In this document: positions 19,894 to 28,785 of the stretch, piece by piece
How the letters are laid out: every line of letters begins with the position of its first letter
How positions within the stretch are numbered: the stretch's first letter is position 1
Program-made: the position numbers and the translations under genes
Source: a virus
Lineage: Duplodnaviria > Caudoviricetes
Length of the DNA stretch: 43,035 bases
IMG/VR virus record: IMGVR_UViG_3300005573_000657
Coordinates: 1-43,035 of that record
Reading direction: 5' to 3' (one strand)
The notes under the pieces: generated by a model
The model's database searches: none
Told to the model about the DNA's origin: nothing
What the model saw: only the letters and a program-made list of their open reading frames with translations

Positions 19894-21072
19894 ATGGCAA
19901 ATACATTGAATGATCTGCTGGCGGCTTTGGACGACAGCGTTGCCATGGAGAAATCGGCTCAAGAAAATATCCCTGATATGAGCGAACTCTCTATGGACCA
20001 ACTCATTAAGCTTGCCGAGGATGAGGGAGAACGTGCTGCTGCTGAAATGGCTGCTGCTGACGAAGCCCGACTGACCGACGCAAAAAAGGACGAACAAAAA
20101 GCTGATGACGAGAAAGCCGAAGCAAAAAAGGACAACTCTGAGGCTAAGAAAGACGAAAAAGATATGGACAAAGAAGCATTTTTGAAAAAGCTTGCTGAAA
20201 TCGTTGTTTCCGACAACGGTGGAAGCGAAGATGACATGGTTAATGACCCTGCCGCCCAAATGGTGGCTATGGATGATGTCAAGGTTAAACCCCAGCCGGG
20301 AACTACTGACGGTGTTGGCAACCTGATTCAGACGATTATGAATTCGTCCGAACAAGCTGCTTCTGATACAGATTCTGGTGTTGAAGTGGGTGATGGTGAT
20401 GACATGGCCGAGCCAGAAGAAGACCAAGTAACTAAGGCTGCGGCTTTAGACAATCTCATGTCTGCGGGGTTCTCCTTTGAAGAGGCTGCTGATATGGTGA
20501 AAGCTGCATCGGATGCTGTTTCCAAGCAGGAAGTTAAATATAGTGATATGGACAAAGCTGCGGCTGTTGGTGAACTGATGTCTCAGGGCATTGAGTTTGG
20601 CGAAGCGGTAGACTTGGTTAAGGAAGCTTCAATTGCTGGTATGGGTCGTCGTGTTGCACGTAAAACGGCTGTTGCGGTCGGTCATGCTAAACAAGCTCCT
20701 GGCAAAGCTATGAACGCGGTGTCTGAGGCTGGTCGTGATCAGTGGCTTCAAGGGCAGAAGACTATTGCCAAGACGATGACTCGTGCTGGAAATCCTAAAA
20801 AGGGTGTCATGAATGCTGTCAAGCGTACTGTTGGTGAAGCACGTAAAGTGGTTGGCACCTTGGCTGAAGATCATCCAGGTAAGCTGATGGCTGGTGCTGG
20901 TGGCGCGATGTTGGCTGGTGGCGCTTTGGCTGGTTATGCTGCGGCTCGCAAGCATGAAAAGAAGGCTGAGTACACGGATATGGACAAGGCGGCTGCGGTC
21001 GGTATGTTGATGGACCAAGGCGTTGATTTTGATACGGCGGTCCACGCTGTGCAAGAAGCTGCTGAACAATAA
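19894..21072 (+). CDS. Putative scaffold/head protein with three internal KAAA...LM..G..F..A...V repeats
   Basis: Acidic, Ala-rich, strong SD, downstream of the protease; repeats are visible in the translation. Confidence 0.65.
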   Translation: MANTLNDLLAALDDSVAMEKSAQENIPDMSELSMDQLIKLAEDEGERAAAEMAAADEARLTDAKKDEQKADDEKAEAKKDNSEAKKDEKDMDKEAFLKKLAEIVVSDNGGSEDDMVNDPAAQMVAMDDVKVKPQPGTTDGVGNLIQTIMNSSEQAASDTDSGVEVGDGDDMAEPEEDQVTKAAALDNLMSAGFSFEEAADMVKAASDAVSKQEVKYSDMDKAAAVGELMSQGIEFGEAVDLVKEASIAGMGRRVARKTAVAVGHAKQAPGKAMNAVSEAGRDQWLQGQKTIAKTMTRAGNPKKGVMNAVKRTVGEARKVVGTLAEDHPGKLMAGAGGAMLAGGALAGYAAARKHEKKAEYTDMDKAAAVGMLMDQGVDFDTAVHAVQEAAEQ

Positions 21073-21096
21073 GCACTTTTCACTTTAACTGAAAGT

Positions 21097-21129
21097 AGGC
21101 CCAGGTTTCGAAAGAGGCCTGGGCTTTTT
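21097..21129 (+). terminator. Intrinsic terminator
   Basis: AGGCCCAGGTTTC-GAAA-GAGGCCTGGGCTT followed by a T run. Confidence 0.85.
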
Positions 21130-21131
21130 AT

Positions 21132-21917
21132 ATGATACCTTTAAAAACCCCTACTACGAGAGCATTCTCAACGCTGAAATCAGCTGTAACAAGGAAGACA
21201 ATGAAAGCTGCCCCACTCCCTCTAACAAAAATCGCTATTGAAATTAAGAAAAAGAATGAAGGTAAGCTTCATTCTAAACTTGGAGTTCCTCCAGGAAAAA
21301 AGCTTACGATGTTAGAGTTAGCATCTGCTAAACAGAGTTCTAGCCCTGCCGAACGCAAAGAGGCTAGCTTCGCAATGAACGCTCGTAAATGGCACCATAA
21401 CAAAACTGCCTCGTTAGCGGAGGTAGCTTTGTTAAATCACTTTGCTAAGTCTCGTGAAAAGAAGGCTAGCGACTTTACGGAGGCTATTAAGAATGAATCT
21501 CTTTCAACTGTTGGAGATCTTGCTGGTGGTGCTGTAGGGGGGGGTATTGCTCACGCCTTAACTCCTAATAATGATACAGATGAGCAAAAACATCGCAATG
21601 AATTAATCGGCGGTATTGTTGGAGCCAAAGCTACAAGTATTGGCGCAATGACTCTTGGGAGCAAGTTATTTAAACATGCTTCATATACTGAAGCTGCTAA
21701 AAAGGCTTTACAATATGCAGGGGAAAATGCTTTACTTTCAGGAGCGGGTGGCATTGTTGGACAAGAAATTGCTAACGACACAGCATCTGATGAAGTTATG
21801 AATAATCCTAAGCGAAGTGCTAGACGAGGTGCAGTTGGGGCATTAGCAGGAGGAGTAGGCACTAGCTTGGCAGTTAGCTTTGCACATGAAGTCAAGAATT
21901 TGAGAAATATTAAATGA
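21132..21917 (+). CDS. KxA-motif, glycine-zipper-rich putative internal (ejected) protein
   Basis: GGAVGGG, GGIVG, GAVGALAGG segments separated by KTAS/KKAS/KHAS. Confidence 0.7.
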   Translation: MIPLKTPTTRAFSTLKSAVTRKTMKAAPLPLTKIAIEIKKKNEGKLHSKLGVPPGKKLTMLELASAKQSSSPAERKEASFAMNARKWHHNKTASLAEVALLNHFAKSREKKASDFTEAIKNESLSTVGDLAGGAVGGGIAHALTPNNDTDEQKHRNELIGGIVGAKATSIGAMTLGSKLFKHASYTEAAKKALQYAGENALLSGAGGIVGQEIANDTASDEVMNNPKRSARRGAVGALAGGVGTSLAVSFAHEVKNLRNIK

Positions 21918-22600
21918 TTAATGATACTGACAAACACAAATTAAAAGCAACAGCTATAGGCTTGGAAGGCTCAGTAGGATTAGGAACACTTGCTACTGGT
22001 GCGTTAACTCTTTCTATGATGGGTATGCATGGTAGGAATAGGTATGATCTTCCTGCATCTACTATTGCAAAAGTAAAAAAGCATGTAGCTCCAGATTATA
22101 AAGGACAGCCAACTGTTCGCCGATATGTTCAGTCTATGTATAATCCATTTACAAAGGAAGTTCACTCTGCCCCGCATCTAGGGCACTTAGCCCATGAATT
22201 AGGTCATGCTTCAGACAAGGTACTTGAGCATCCTGTTGGCTTAGCTGCTTCTACTGCTGCCCGCATAGTTTCTACCCGTGGCGCACTTCCTCTGACAGCC
22301 GCAGCAGCTTATTTAGGAGCATCCAGGAAGAAGGGCGATAAAATGACTACTGCAGATAAAGCGGTATTAGGGACCTCTGGTGCAGCTTCTGCGATCACCT
22401 TAGGTCACGAAGCATATGCCTCTCTTAAGGCTCACCACGGTCTTAAAACCATGCTTAAATCACATGGTAAAGCGTTCAAGTATACTAAGAGTTTAATTCC
22501 TGCTCTTGGTACTTATGCTGTTGCGGCAGCAATGCCTTTTGCAGGGTATGCCTTAGCTAGAAAGGCTAGGGAGAAGATAGATAATAACAGTGTAAAATAA
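21914..22600 (+). CDS. Putative zincin metallopeptidase, membrane-associated
   Basis: AHELGH (HExxH) plus a downstream HEAYAS third-ligand motif and hydrophobic segments. Confidence 0.7.
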   Translation: MINDTDKHKLKATAIGLEGSVGLGTLATGALTLSMMGMHGRNRYDLPASTIAKVKKHVAPDYKGQPTVRRYVQSMYNPFTKEVHSAPHLGHLAHELGHASDKVLEHPVGLAASTAARIVSTRGALPLTAAAAYLGASRKKGDKMTTADKAVLGTSGAASAITLGHEAYASLKAHHGLKTMLKSHGKAFKYTKSLIPALGTYAVAAAMPFAGYALARKAREKIDNNSVK

Positions 22601-22604
22601 TAGC

Positions 22605-23186
22605 ATGACACCTAGAGAATTCGCCGTTGGTTCCACTGGAGCTTCATTAGCAGGAATTGCTGCTAATCATCTCCTTACAGATAGAACTAAACACGAAAAG
22701 AAAAATGTCGATAAACAACTTGCAGCGAGCGCAATTGGTGCGAACGCTGCCCACTTACTAATTAACAAAATGGCTACTTTACAAGAAACTCTTAACCGCG
22801 AGAAGGCCGCGCAATTTGCCTTCGTGAAGAGCTTTACAAAAACCGCTTCCCTGTCAGCTATTAAAGCTGGTAAATCCATTGAAGAAGCTAGAGCAGTTGC
22901 TCGTGCTTCTCTGGAAAAGTCGGCTTCATATAAGGCTCGTAAATCTTTGATCGAAAACTTGGAGAAAATTGCTTTTGAATCAGATCCTAAGGAAGTTCAG
23001 AAGCATGAGAAGTTAGCCTCTCTTGGTTTCCAAGAAGCGGATGTCAAAGCTCTGAAGCAAACCAATCCCGCCCTTATTGAAAAGCTGGCTTCTGCCACTG
23101 AACAACCTTGGGCTTTTGGGGAACCTTCTGGTCACATGACTAAAGCTGCAATGGACCCTCTATTGGCTTTCTGTCTCGGCAGTTAA
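22605..23186 (+). CDS. KxA-motif head protein
   Basis: KTAS, EKSAS, EKIA, EKLAS x2; TAAAAT-N6-ATG. Confidence 0.75.
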   Translation: MTPREFAVGSTGASLAGIAANHLLTDRTKHEKKNVDKQLAASAIGANAAHLLINKMATLQETLNREKAAQFAFVKSFTKTASLSAIKAGKSIEEARAVARASLEKSASYKARKSLIENLEKIAFESDPKEVQKHEKLASLGFQEADVKALKQTNPALIEKLASATEQPWAFGEPSGHMTKAAMDPLLAFCLGS

Positions 23187-23222
23187 ACACTAAAAAAAGG
23201 GTTAACAGCCCTTTCTTAAAAA

Positions 23223-23759
23223 ATGACACATACTCTCTTAGTTAAACGAGCTCAACAGCTCTATGATCAATACGGTAATCCTGCCCCTCAAAAGAACAGC
23301 GCGGTAAAAGCTTTAGCAACTCTCGGAGCTGCTGCCGGAGCTGGGTATTTGGCTCATAAAGGATTAAAGGCAGTTGCTCCAGAACTTCATTCTCAACTCG
23401 CTGAGAAGGCAAAAGGAGTTATTTCCAAAGTCACAGGAGGTAAGATTGGTGGCAATAGTACCGAAAATGCTGCAATCAACTCTGTGCATGACGACGCTGC
23501 AAATTTCGTCAAAAGTTTGAATAAGACTACTACCCGTACTAAAGGCGATGAGCAACAAGCTTTCACTCATATCAATAGATTAGACAAAGTTCATAAGTAC
23601 CATTCCAATATGGCTGCTGAACATCCTGAATCTACTTTCACTGACTCTTCTGGCACAACAACGACTCATGCTGCTATGGCTAGCCAAGCAGAGCATATGA
23701 GTAACCTTATTGCTAAAAAGGTCCCTGGCGTCAAAAGTCAACTAGCTGCCAAACCCTAA
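23223..23759 (+). CDS. KxA-motif putative internal protein
   Basis: N-terminal LVKRA, then a Gly/Ala hydrophobic segment. Confidence 0.7.
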   Translation: MTHTLLVKRAQQLYDQYGNPAPQKNSAVKALATLGAAAGAGYLAHKGLKAVAPELHSQLAEKAKGVISKVTGGKIGGNSTENAAINSVHDDAANFVKSLNKTTTRTKGDEQQAFTHINRLDKVHKYHSNMAAEHPESTFTDSSGTTTTHAAMASQAEHMSNLIAKKVPGVKSQLAAKP

Positions 23760-23791
23760 AAAAACAGCGCTGATATCTTAGCGCTGTTTTT
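23758..23791. terminator. Bidirectional terminator between convergent genes
   Basis: AAAAACAGCGCT-gatatctt-AGCGCTGTTTTT. Confidence 0.85.
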
Positions 23792-23794
23792 CTT

Positions 23795-24028
23795 TCATTT
23801 GCTTCTGCACAGATCATAGGTTCCGTACAGAGTATCCACAGCAAGTCTATCCCTCCACTTTCGGTATCTGTGCACATTGATACCTGCTACCTGGCAAGCT
23901 TCAAACAAAGGTAGCGGAGATAAATAAATAGCTTTGAGAATTGAGATTTTGTGATGTCTCGGCCAAGCTCTCCGATGTCCTTTACGATATGGTTTTGTTG
24001 GAGTATGTGTACCAGTTTCCGCAATCAT
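23795..24028 (-). CDS. Small HTH DNA-binding protein (77 aa from ATG 24028)
   Basis: RRAWPRHHKISIL...EACQVAGINVHRYRKW is HTH-like; TGGTATAAC motif upstream at 24074-24082. Confidence 0.55.
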   Translation of the reverse strand: MIAETGTHTPTKPYRKGHRRAWPRHHKISILKAIYLSPLPLFEACQVAGINVHRYRKWRDRLAVDTLYGTYDLCRSK

Positions 24029-24216
24029 TTTTAGCTTTCTTAAAAAGAGGAGAGACAATCCCTCCTCTTCTTGGTTATACCACTCAATGCTGAAACTTTG
24101 AGGGTTCTTCTTTTTCTTTTTCTTTCTCTTTTTCCTCTGCCACACATTTTGGGCAGATAACGATAATCTGACGACTCACAGGATTTACTACACACCTGAG
24201 AGAAGTTCCACACTTT

Positions 24217-25029
24217 TCACATATCGGACTCATCTTCTTCCTTTCTTGGGACTGGAAATAAAAGGGGGATTAGATCTGGAACAGGGATTTTGCGAATGTC
24301 TCCCCAATCCATGATTGCAATCTCACTACGGAGAATTGGTTCTTTAGGCCAATGACGAGGAGGAATTAGAATTCTCTCCTCAGGAGTCAATTCACGAATG
24401 TAAGTTCTTCTCTGAGCAAAGACTCCAAACTTATAAGAATCAGACATTTCTTCCCAAGGTACACCTTTATCAAAGAGCATCTTTCGACGTTCTGCATCTT
24501 TTTTACCATGTAACTCTTCTGCGGTAAAAATGGTACTGGCAAGCATATTGACAGAACATCTAGCGCAGTCTTCAACTCTGAAAAGTACAGCATCTACCGC
24601 ATCTGCGTAAGAGGGTACATTCCATACTCTTGAATCAAAGCTAGGCACGTAGTGGTTCAACTCAGGAAGCCGAGTATAAATTTCCTGGTTGAACTTCCCT
24701 GAAGCCTTACCTGCACTAGTGGAAAGGAGCTTGTGCTTCTTCCCATTAAAAAGGTGGGAACAGTTATGGAAGCCAAGAGTGATTTCATCACTTTGAGTAT
24801 AACCAAAAGAAGCATGCAGCTTGTCCACAAGAAATTTCATTGTGTTAACCATGCTCTCCCGGAAATTCACACAGATAGGACGAGGAAGTTTCCTAGTTAC
24901 TGTATGAAATGCTTGACCATCCAAGCGCATGATGACAGGAAGATTGGGAATCAAGTAATCTTCCGTGGAGATCTTTTCAAACATCTTAGCTCGATCCCCT
25001 AGAGCCTCCATACGGCTTTGTTGCTGCAT
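24217..25029 (-). CDS. thg1: tRNA(His) guanylyltransferase Thg1-like protein (3'-5' polymerase family)
   Basis: IMRLDGQAFH, YTQSDEITL, FDSRV signature motifs. Confidence 0.92.
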   Translation of the reverse strand: MQQQSRMEALGDRAKMFEKISTEDYLIPNLPVIMRLDGQAFHTVTRKLPRPICVNFRESMVNTMKFLVDKLHASFGYTQSDEITLGFHNCSHLFNGKKHKLLSTSAGKASGKFNQEIYTRLPELNHYVPSFDSRVWNVPSYADAVDAVLFRVEDCARCSVNMLASTIFTAEELHGKKDAERRKMLFDKGVPWEEMSDSYKFGVFAQRRTYIRELTPEERILIPPRHWPKEPILRSEIAIMDWGDIRKIPVPDLIPLLFPVPRKEEDESDM

Positions 25030-25081
25030 TATCTTTTCTTCCTTAAAATAAGGGGTTGTTTACATAGTTCTTATACCCCAA

Positions 25082-25783
25082 ATGCCATTAATTAAACAAG
25101 CCCTAAATGCTCTGAAAGCAAGACAACTTGCAGCCAAAACTGGACTTATCCCAGAAGGAAATTGGAAATGGGCATTACGTCAGATGACAGACCCTAAAGG
25201 AAATCTCAAAGCGGAAGGCTTGGTAAATGCAGCTAAGAGAAGAATGGGGGCTATCAACCCAGAGTATATGACAGCCCTATCCAATGTTCAAAAACAAATT
25301 CCTAATAAAGAGATCTTGTACCAAGTTGCTATGGGGAAAATTCATAGTGTAATTGAAGGTGGAGAACATGGAGTTTTTGCTGATCAAAAACTGAAGAATC
25401 ATTACTCAAATTGGGGGCACACTCATCCCTTAAATGGAGATACTCATCGCAGCGTATCTCCGTCAGGAAAACCTCCTGGACAAGTGTTAGCAGCTAAAGC
25501 CTCTGATATTGCAAAAGATAGAGATATGTTGACTAGAGCTAAGACTCCTGAAGCAGTTAAGTATTTCAGTAAGCACGTTAGACTAACTGGAGGAGACGAT
25601 GATATTTCTACAGCTATTACTACGGCTAGAGATGTTCATAAGAACGGCTCTCGTAGCTCTATATTCCATATTGCAAACCCTACTCATGGGTATCAAGCTT
25701 CACATAGAGTTGTGGGGGAAATTGGTGATAATGAGAATATTAAGCATATTCAGAAACTCAGATCAGTCTATTTCAAAACGTAG
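25082..25783 (+). CDS. KxA-leader protein with possible JAB/MPN-like HxH motif
   Basis: N-terminal LIKQA; WGHTHP...SPS...D. Confidence 0.55.
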   Translation: MPLIKQALNALKARQLAAKTGLIPEGNWKWALRQMTDPKGNLKAEGLVNAAKRRMGAINPEYMTALSNVQKQIPNKEILYQVAMGKIHSVIEGGEHGVFADQKLKNHYSNWGHTHPLNGDTHRSVSPSGKPPGQVLAAKASDIAKDRDMLTRAKTPEAVKYFSKHVRLTGGDDDISTAITTARDVHKNGSRSSIFHIANPTHGYQASHRVVGEIGDNENIKHIQKLRSVYFKT

Positions 25784-25803
25784 GTTAAAGAAAACCATTA
25801 CTT

Positions 25804-25812
25804 TGGTATAAG
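25804..25812 (+). promoter_or_regulatory. TGGTATAAG motif on the + strand before an accessory gene
   Basis: Exact motif followed by a GGAGG SD. Confidence 0.7.
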
Positions 25813-25835
25813 TAATTTAACTGGAGGATTAACCT

Positions 25836-26333
25836 ATGTTTTTTACTATTATCTCAATCGGGGTTGCTATTGCAGCAACTGTGTATTTTATCTATAAGCG
25901 TCGTGCTAAACCTATGGAAGATGTCGCTGAGGTTGAAGAAGAACCGGAACCGGAACAGGAACAAGAGTCCAACCTAAGCTTACCACTTATGACTCCTGAT
26001 GAAGCTAGAAAAAAGAGGGCGAAAGAAAAGTGTAAGCATCTTAAGAAGCCTGCACTTGGGTCATTGATTCGAGAATCTATTGAAGTTTCCAAAAAGCAAT
26101 TCCTTGACTGTAAGGAATTTCTCGAGATAACTCGTCAAATGGCTTCTGACGGTGTTGACCCACGAAGTAAGCCTGAGAATGTTGAAAGGTATTACCTCTC
26201 AATGAGACAACTAGCGGCAATAGCGTTGTTCTTTGAGAAAGGTAAAACTAGAGAAGAAATTACTCTAGCTGGACAAGCTAATAATATTGGTGGAAGATTA
26301 GCTTGGTATTACATTGGTATGGCACCCTGGTAA
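25836..26333 (+). CDS. Membrane-anchored hypothetical protein
   Basis: N-terminal TM followed by KRR; GGAGG SD; own terminator. Confidence 0.8.
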   Translation: MFFTIISIGVAIAATVYFIYKRRAKPMEDVAEVEEEPEPEQEQESNLSLPLMTPDEARKKRAKEKCKHLKKPALGSLIRESIEVSKKQFLDCKEFLEITRQMASDGVDPRSKPENVERYYLSMRQLAAIALFFEKGKTREEITLAGQANNIGGRLAWYYIGMAPW

Positions 26334-26339
26334 GCATTC

Positions 26340-26362
26340 TCCCCTTCGGGGGAACTTTTTTT
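26340..26362 (+). terminator. Intrinsic terminator (UUCG loop)
   Basis: TCCCC-TTCG-GGGGA then a T run. Confidence 0.8.
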
Positions 26363-26442
26363 AGCTAGTCTAAAAAAACATAGTAAAATAGTAATACTGG
26401 CTAGGCAGTTTAACCTAGCAAGAATAAAAGGAAAAGCTAAAT

Positions 26443-27135
26443 ATGTTAATGTCATATACCGCTGAAGTTATTCGTGGCTGGCCCTATGATGGTGCCCGTG
26501 ACTCGAATGAACTGATTCAGCAAGGTGCTGTCCTGCAGAATGGCGATGTTGTCGCTCTGCAAGCCGATGGTACTATCAACAAGGTTGGCGCTACTGCGGT
26601 GGCGATGGCTGGTCTTGTGATTCGTGGCAATGGTGATGGTCCGTCCAACGCCAATTCGGTCGGTCGTTTCCCGACTCCCCAACCGTCTTACACTGTTTCT
26701 GGTGTGGCTTGGGCGTCTGGTATTGCTACCGTTACTGTTGCGAATGCGCATGGCTATGCTGCGGGTAACTCTGTAACTCTGGCAGGTTTTGTACCTACTG
26801 GTTACAACGGTTCCTATGTGATTCTGACGACTCCTACTTCGACAACGTTCACTGTTGCTCTGGCTGCAAATCCAGGTACTGTGACGACTGAAGGTACAGT
26901 TTCGTTGAATTCTGCATTTGATCTGACTGGTCAGGCAACTGTGCTGTGGGGTAACTACATCGTTCGTACTTCTAACTATGCTGCTGGTGCTTATGTGCCG
27001 GGTTCACCTGTGAAAGCAGTGAATGGGCAATTTGCTCTGGGTATCGCTGGAACCGATCCGATTGTGGGTTATGTGCGTCGTGTGCAGGGTGCCTCTGCTA
27101 CGCAAACTGCGTGTATTGAAATTGAGGTCCTGTAA
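26443..27135 (+). CDS. Putative capsid decoration/cement protein with an inserted beta-rich domain
   Basis: Directly upstream of the MCP; Gly/Val/Thr rich; strong SD; codon usage like a highly expressed gene. Confidence 0.6.
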   Translation: MLMSYTAEVIRGWPYDGARDSNELIQQGAVLQNGDVVALQADGTINKVGATAVAMAGLVIRGNGDGPSNANSVGRFPTPQPSYTVSGVAWASGIATVTVANAHGYAAGNSVTLAGFVPTGYNGSYVILTTPTSTTFTVALAANPGTVTTEGTVSLNSAFDLTGQATVLWGNYIVRTSNYAAGAYVPGSPVKAVNGQFALGIAGTDPIVGYVRRVQGASATQTACIEIEVL

Positions 27136-27137
27136 TT

Positions 27138-28028
27138 ATGAACTATAACACTGAAACTACTCAAGTCCAGTTTATCAACCAAGCGTTTATCGATAAGTTA
27201 AACCGTGGTCATACCAAGGAAGCTGAACTGGCGATGACGACTTTTGTTCGTCAAAAACTGCGGGAAATGGGTTTTACTCGTAAAATCCTTGGTTTTAATC
27301 CTATTACCCCGGCTGAACTCGACCGTCAAGTTACGGAAGAGCCAACCGTGATTGTGGAAAAAGAGCCGGACAGCGTGGCTGCTTCGATGGGCTTCACAGG
27401 CCGTCCTAACGTGCGCTACTTCAAGGCTCCTCGGTATCCGGTTACTTTTGAAAAGCTGAGCTCAGAAGATTTCCGTAAATCGAAGTTTGAATTGGCGACT
27501 TACAGAACGGACATCCGTACTGTGATTCAAGAGAACAGCATCCGTGATCTGCAAACGCAAGAAGACGTTGGTTTCTACCAAAACATTCTGAGCATTGCTA
27601 ACACGACTGGTAACGTGTATAACCTGACTGGCGGAATGACTTCGGAAAATATGCTGGCTGGTGTGAGCTATCTGGTTCAAAAGCAATTACCTGTTGGTAA
27701 AGTGCTTATGACCCAAAGCGCGTACTTGAAGCTGATTGGTCAGCCTGCTACGAACATCGGTTCTATCGCTGCTTCGGAGTTGTTCAAAGGTCAAACTGGT
27801 ATTTCGACTCCTTATGGTTTCGAGATTGTGACCACGATTAAGAATGATGTCCTCCCGGATAATCAGTTCATCGTGTTTACACAGCCTGACTACCTGGGTC
27901 AAATGTACGCTATGCAAGACGCTACGGTGTTCTTGAAAGTCGAACAAGATATGATTCAGTTCAACGTGTATGAGTCGGTGGGTGTAGGTATCGGTAACGT
28001 CAACGGCGCTATCGTCTGCAACTTCTAA
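27138..28028 (+). CDS. Putative major capsid protein (HK97-like fold)
   Basis: 296 aa; FVRQKLREMGFTRKIL, C-terminal YESVGVGIGN; position between decoration gene and strong terminator. Confidence 0.75.
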   Translation: MNYNTETTQVQFINQAFIDKLNRGHTKEAELAMTTFVRQKLREMGFTRKILGFNPITPAELDRQVTEEPTVIVEKEPDSVAASMGFTGRPNVRYFKAPRYPVTFEKLSSEDFRKSKFELATYRTDIRTVIQENSIRDLQTQEDVGFYQNILSIANTTGNVYNLTGGMTSENMLAGVSYLVQKQLPVGKVLMTQSAYLKLIGQPATNIGSIAASELFKGQTGISTPYGFEIVTTIKNDVLPDNQFIVFTQPDYLGQMYAMQDATVFLKVEQDMIQFNVYESVGVGIGNVNGAIVCNF

Positions 28029-28044
28029 ACTCTCATGTAGTTTT

Positions 28045-28074
28045 AAAGCCCTGGTTATGCCGGGGCTTTTTTTT
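28045..28074 (+). terminator. Intrinsic terminator after the capsid operon
   Basis: AAAGCCCTGG-ttatg-CCGGGGCTTT followed by a T run. Confidence 0.85.
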
Positions 28075-28198
28075 GCCTAAAACCCCTGCCATTTTTTCGT
28101 GAGTCTTTCTCACAGGTAATATGGCTTCAGTTGCTCAAAGGGAAAGTTCTCTCCCGTGCTCCTTACATGTACTAAAAAAGGTCCGAAGACCCGAAAAC

Positions 28199-28528
28199 TT
28201 ACTCCCCAAAGGAGAGTAGAAGGATGTTACCTAGGGGTGTTTTTTTTATATCAAGTTCCCTTTTAATAATCCTGTAGCCCCTTCCGCCTGGTTGAATCCT
28301 GGCATAGAAGAATGAGCTATTTACGTCGATCAATTCCTTGATCTGAGTAGAGTATGGGCTTTTATTCCCCATCCCTCGCTTCCATCCACCACGAGGAAAG
28401 ATGTCATAGTTTTCCAACTCTTCGTGATGAGCCACGGTCAGAGGTCGTTTCACAACGATCTCAACTCCGCGCCCATTCGTGGTTTCCCGCATAAAGATAT
28501 CTGAAAAGCTTAATGTTTTCATGGTCAT
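28199..28528 (-). CDS. Hypothetical protein (109 aa)
   Basis: AAGGA SD; GGTC-TTCG-GACC-T6 terminator at 28174-28191. Confidence 0.75.
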   Translation of the reverse strand: MTMKTLSFSDIFMRETTNGRGVEIVVKRPLTVAHHEELENYDIFPRGGWKRGMGNKSPYSTQIKELIDVNSSFFYARIQPGGRGYRIIKRELDIKKTPLGNILLLSFGE

Positions 28529-28572
28529 TTCCTTTTACAGTTACAAGATTTCCTGAAACGATCTTAGAGACC

Positions 28573-28785
28573 TTATGGAATAATTGTAGCTATGATTAGC
28601 AAGAACGCGGAAAAGTAAGATCCTAAGACAAACCCAGATAAGGATGTAATAAAAGCCGAATAGTAAATTCCCTGCAGAGGGAAACCCATCCACCACCAAG
28701 CTACCCAAACAATTCCGCAGAAGAATATCCAGATTCTTAGTGTTGCTACGGTATATTTAAGCAAGACTCCTACAAAGTTTCTCAT
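28573..28785 (-). CDS. Small two-TM membrane protein
   Basis: ATGA overlap with 28782-28979; hydrophobic. Confidence 0.7.
   Translation of the reverse strand: MRNFVGVLLKYTVATLRIWIFFCGIVWVAWWWMGFPLQGIYYSAFITSLSGFVLGSYFSAFLLIIATIIP

Noticed and set aside
19834-21076. Several antisense ORFs (e.g. 19834-20427, 20629-21069)
   Set aside because: Shadows of the biased-codon scaffold gene; the same applies to antisense ORFs over the RNAP, capsid, tnpB and sheath genes.
24029-24145. Lys-rich N-terminal extension of the 116-aa track ORF
   Set aside because: Derives from an intergenic A-rich tract upstream of the promoter motif; ATG 24028 is the more plausible start.
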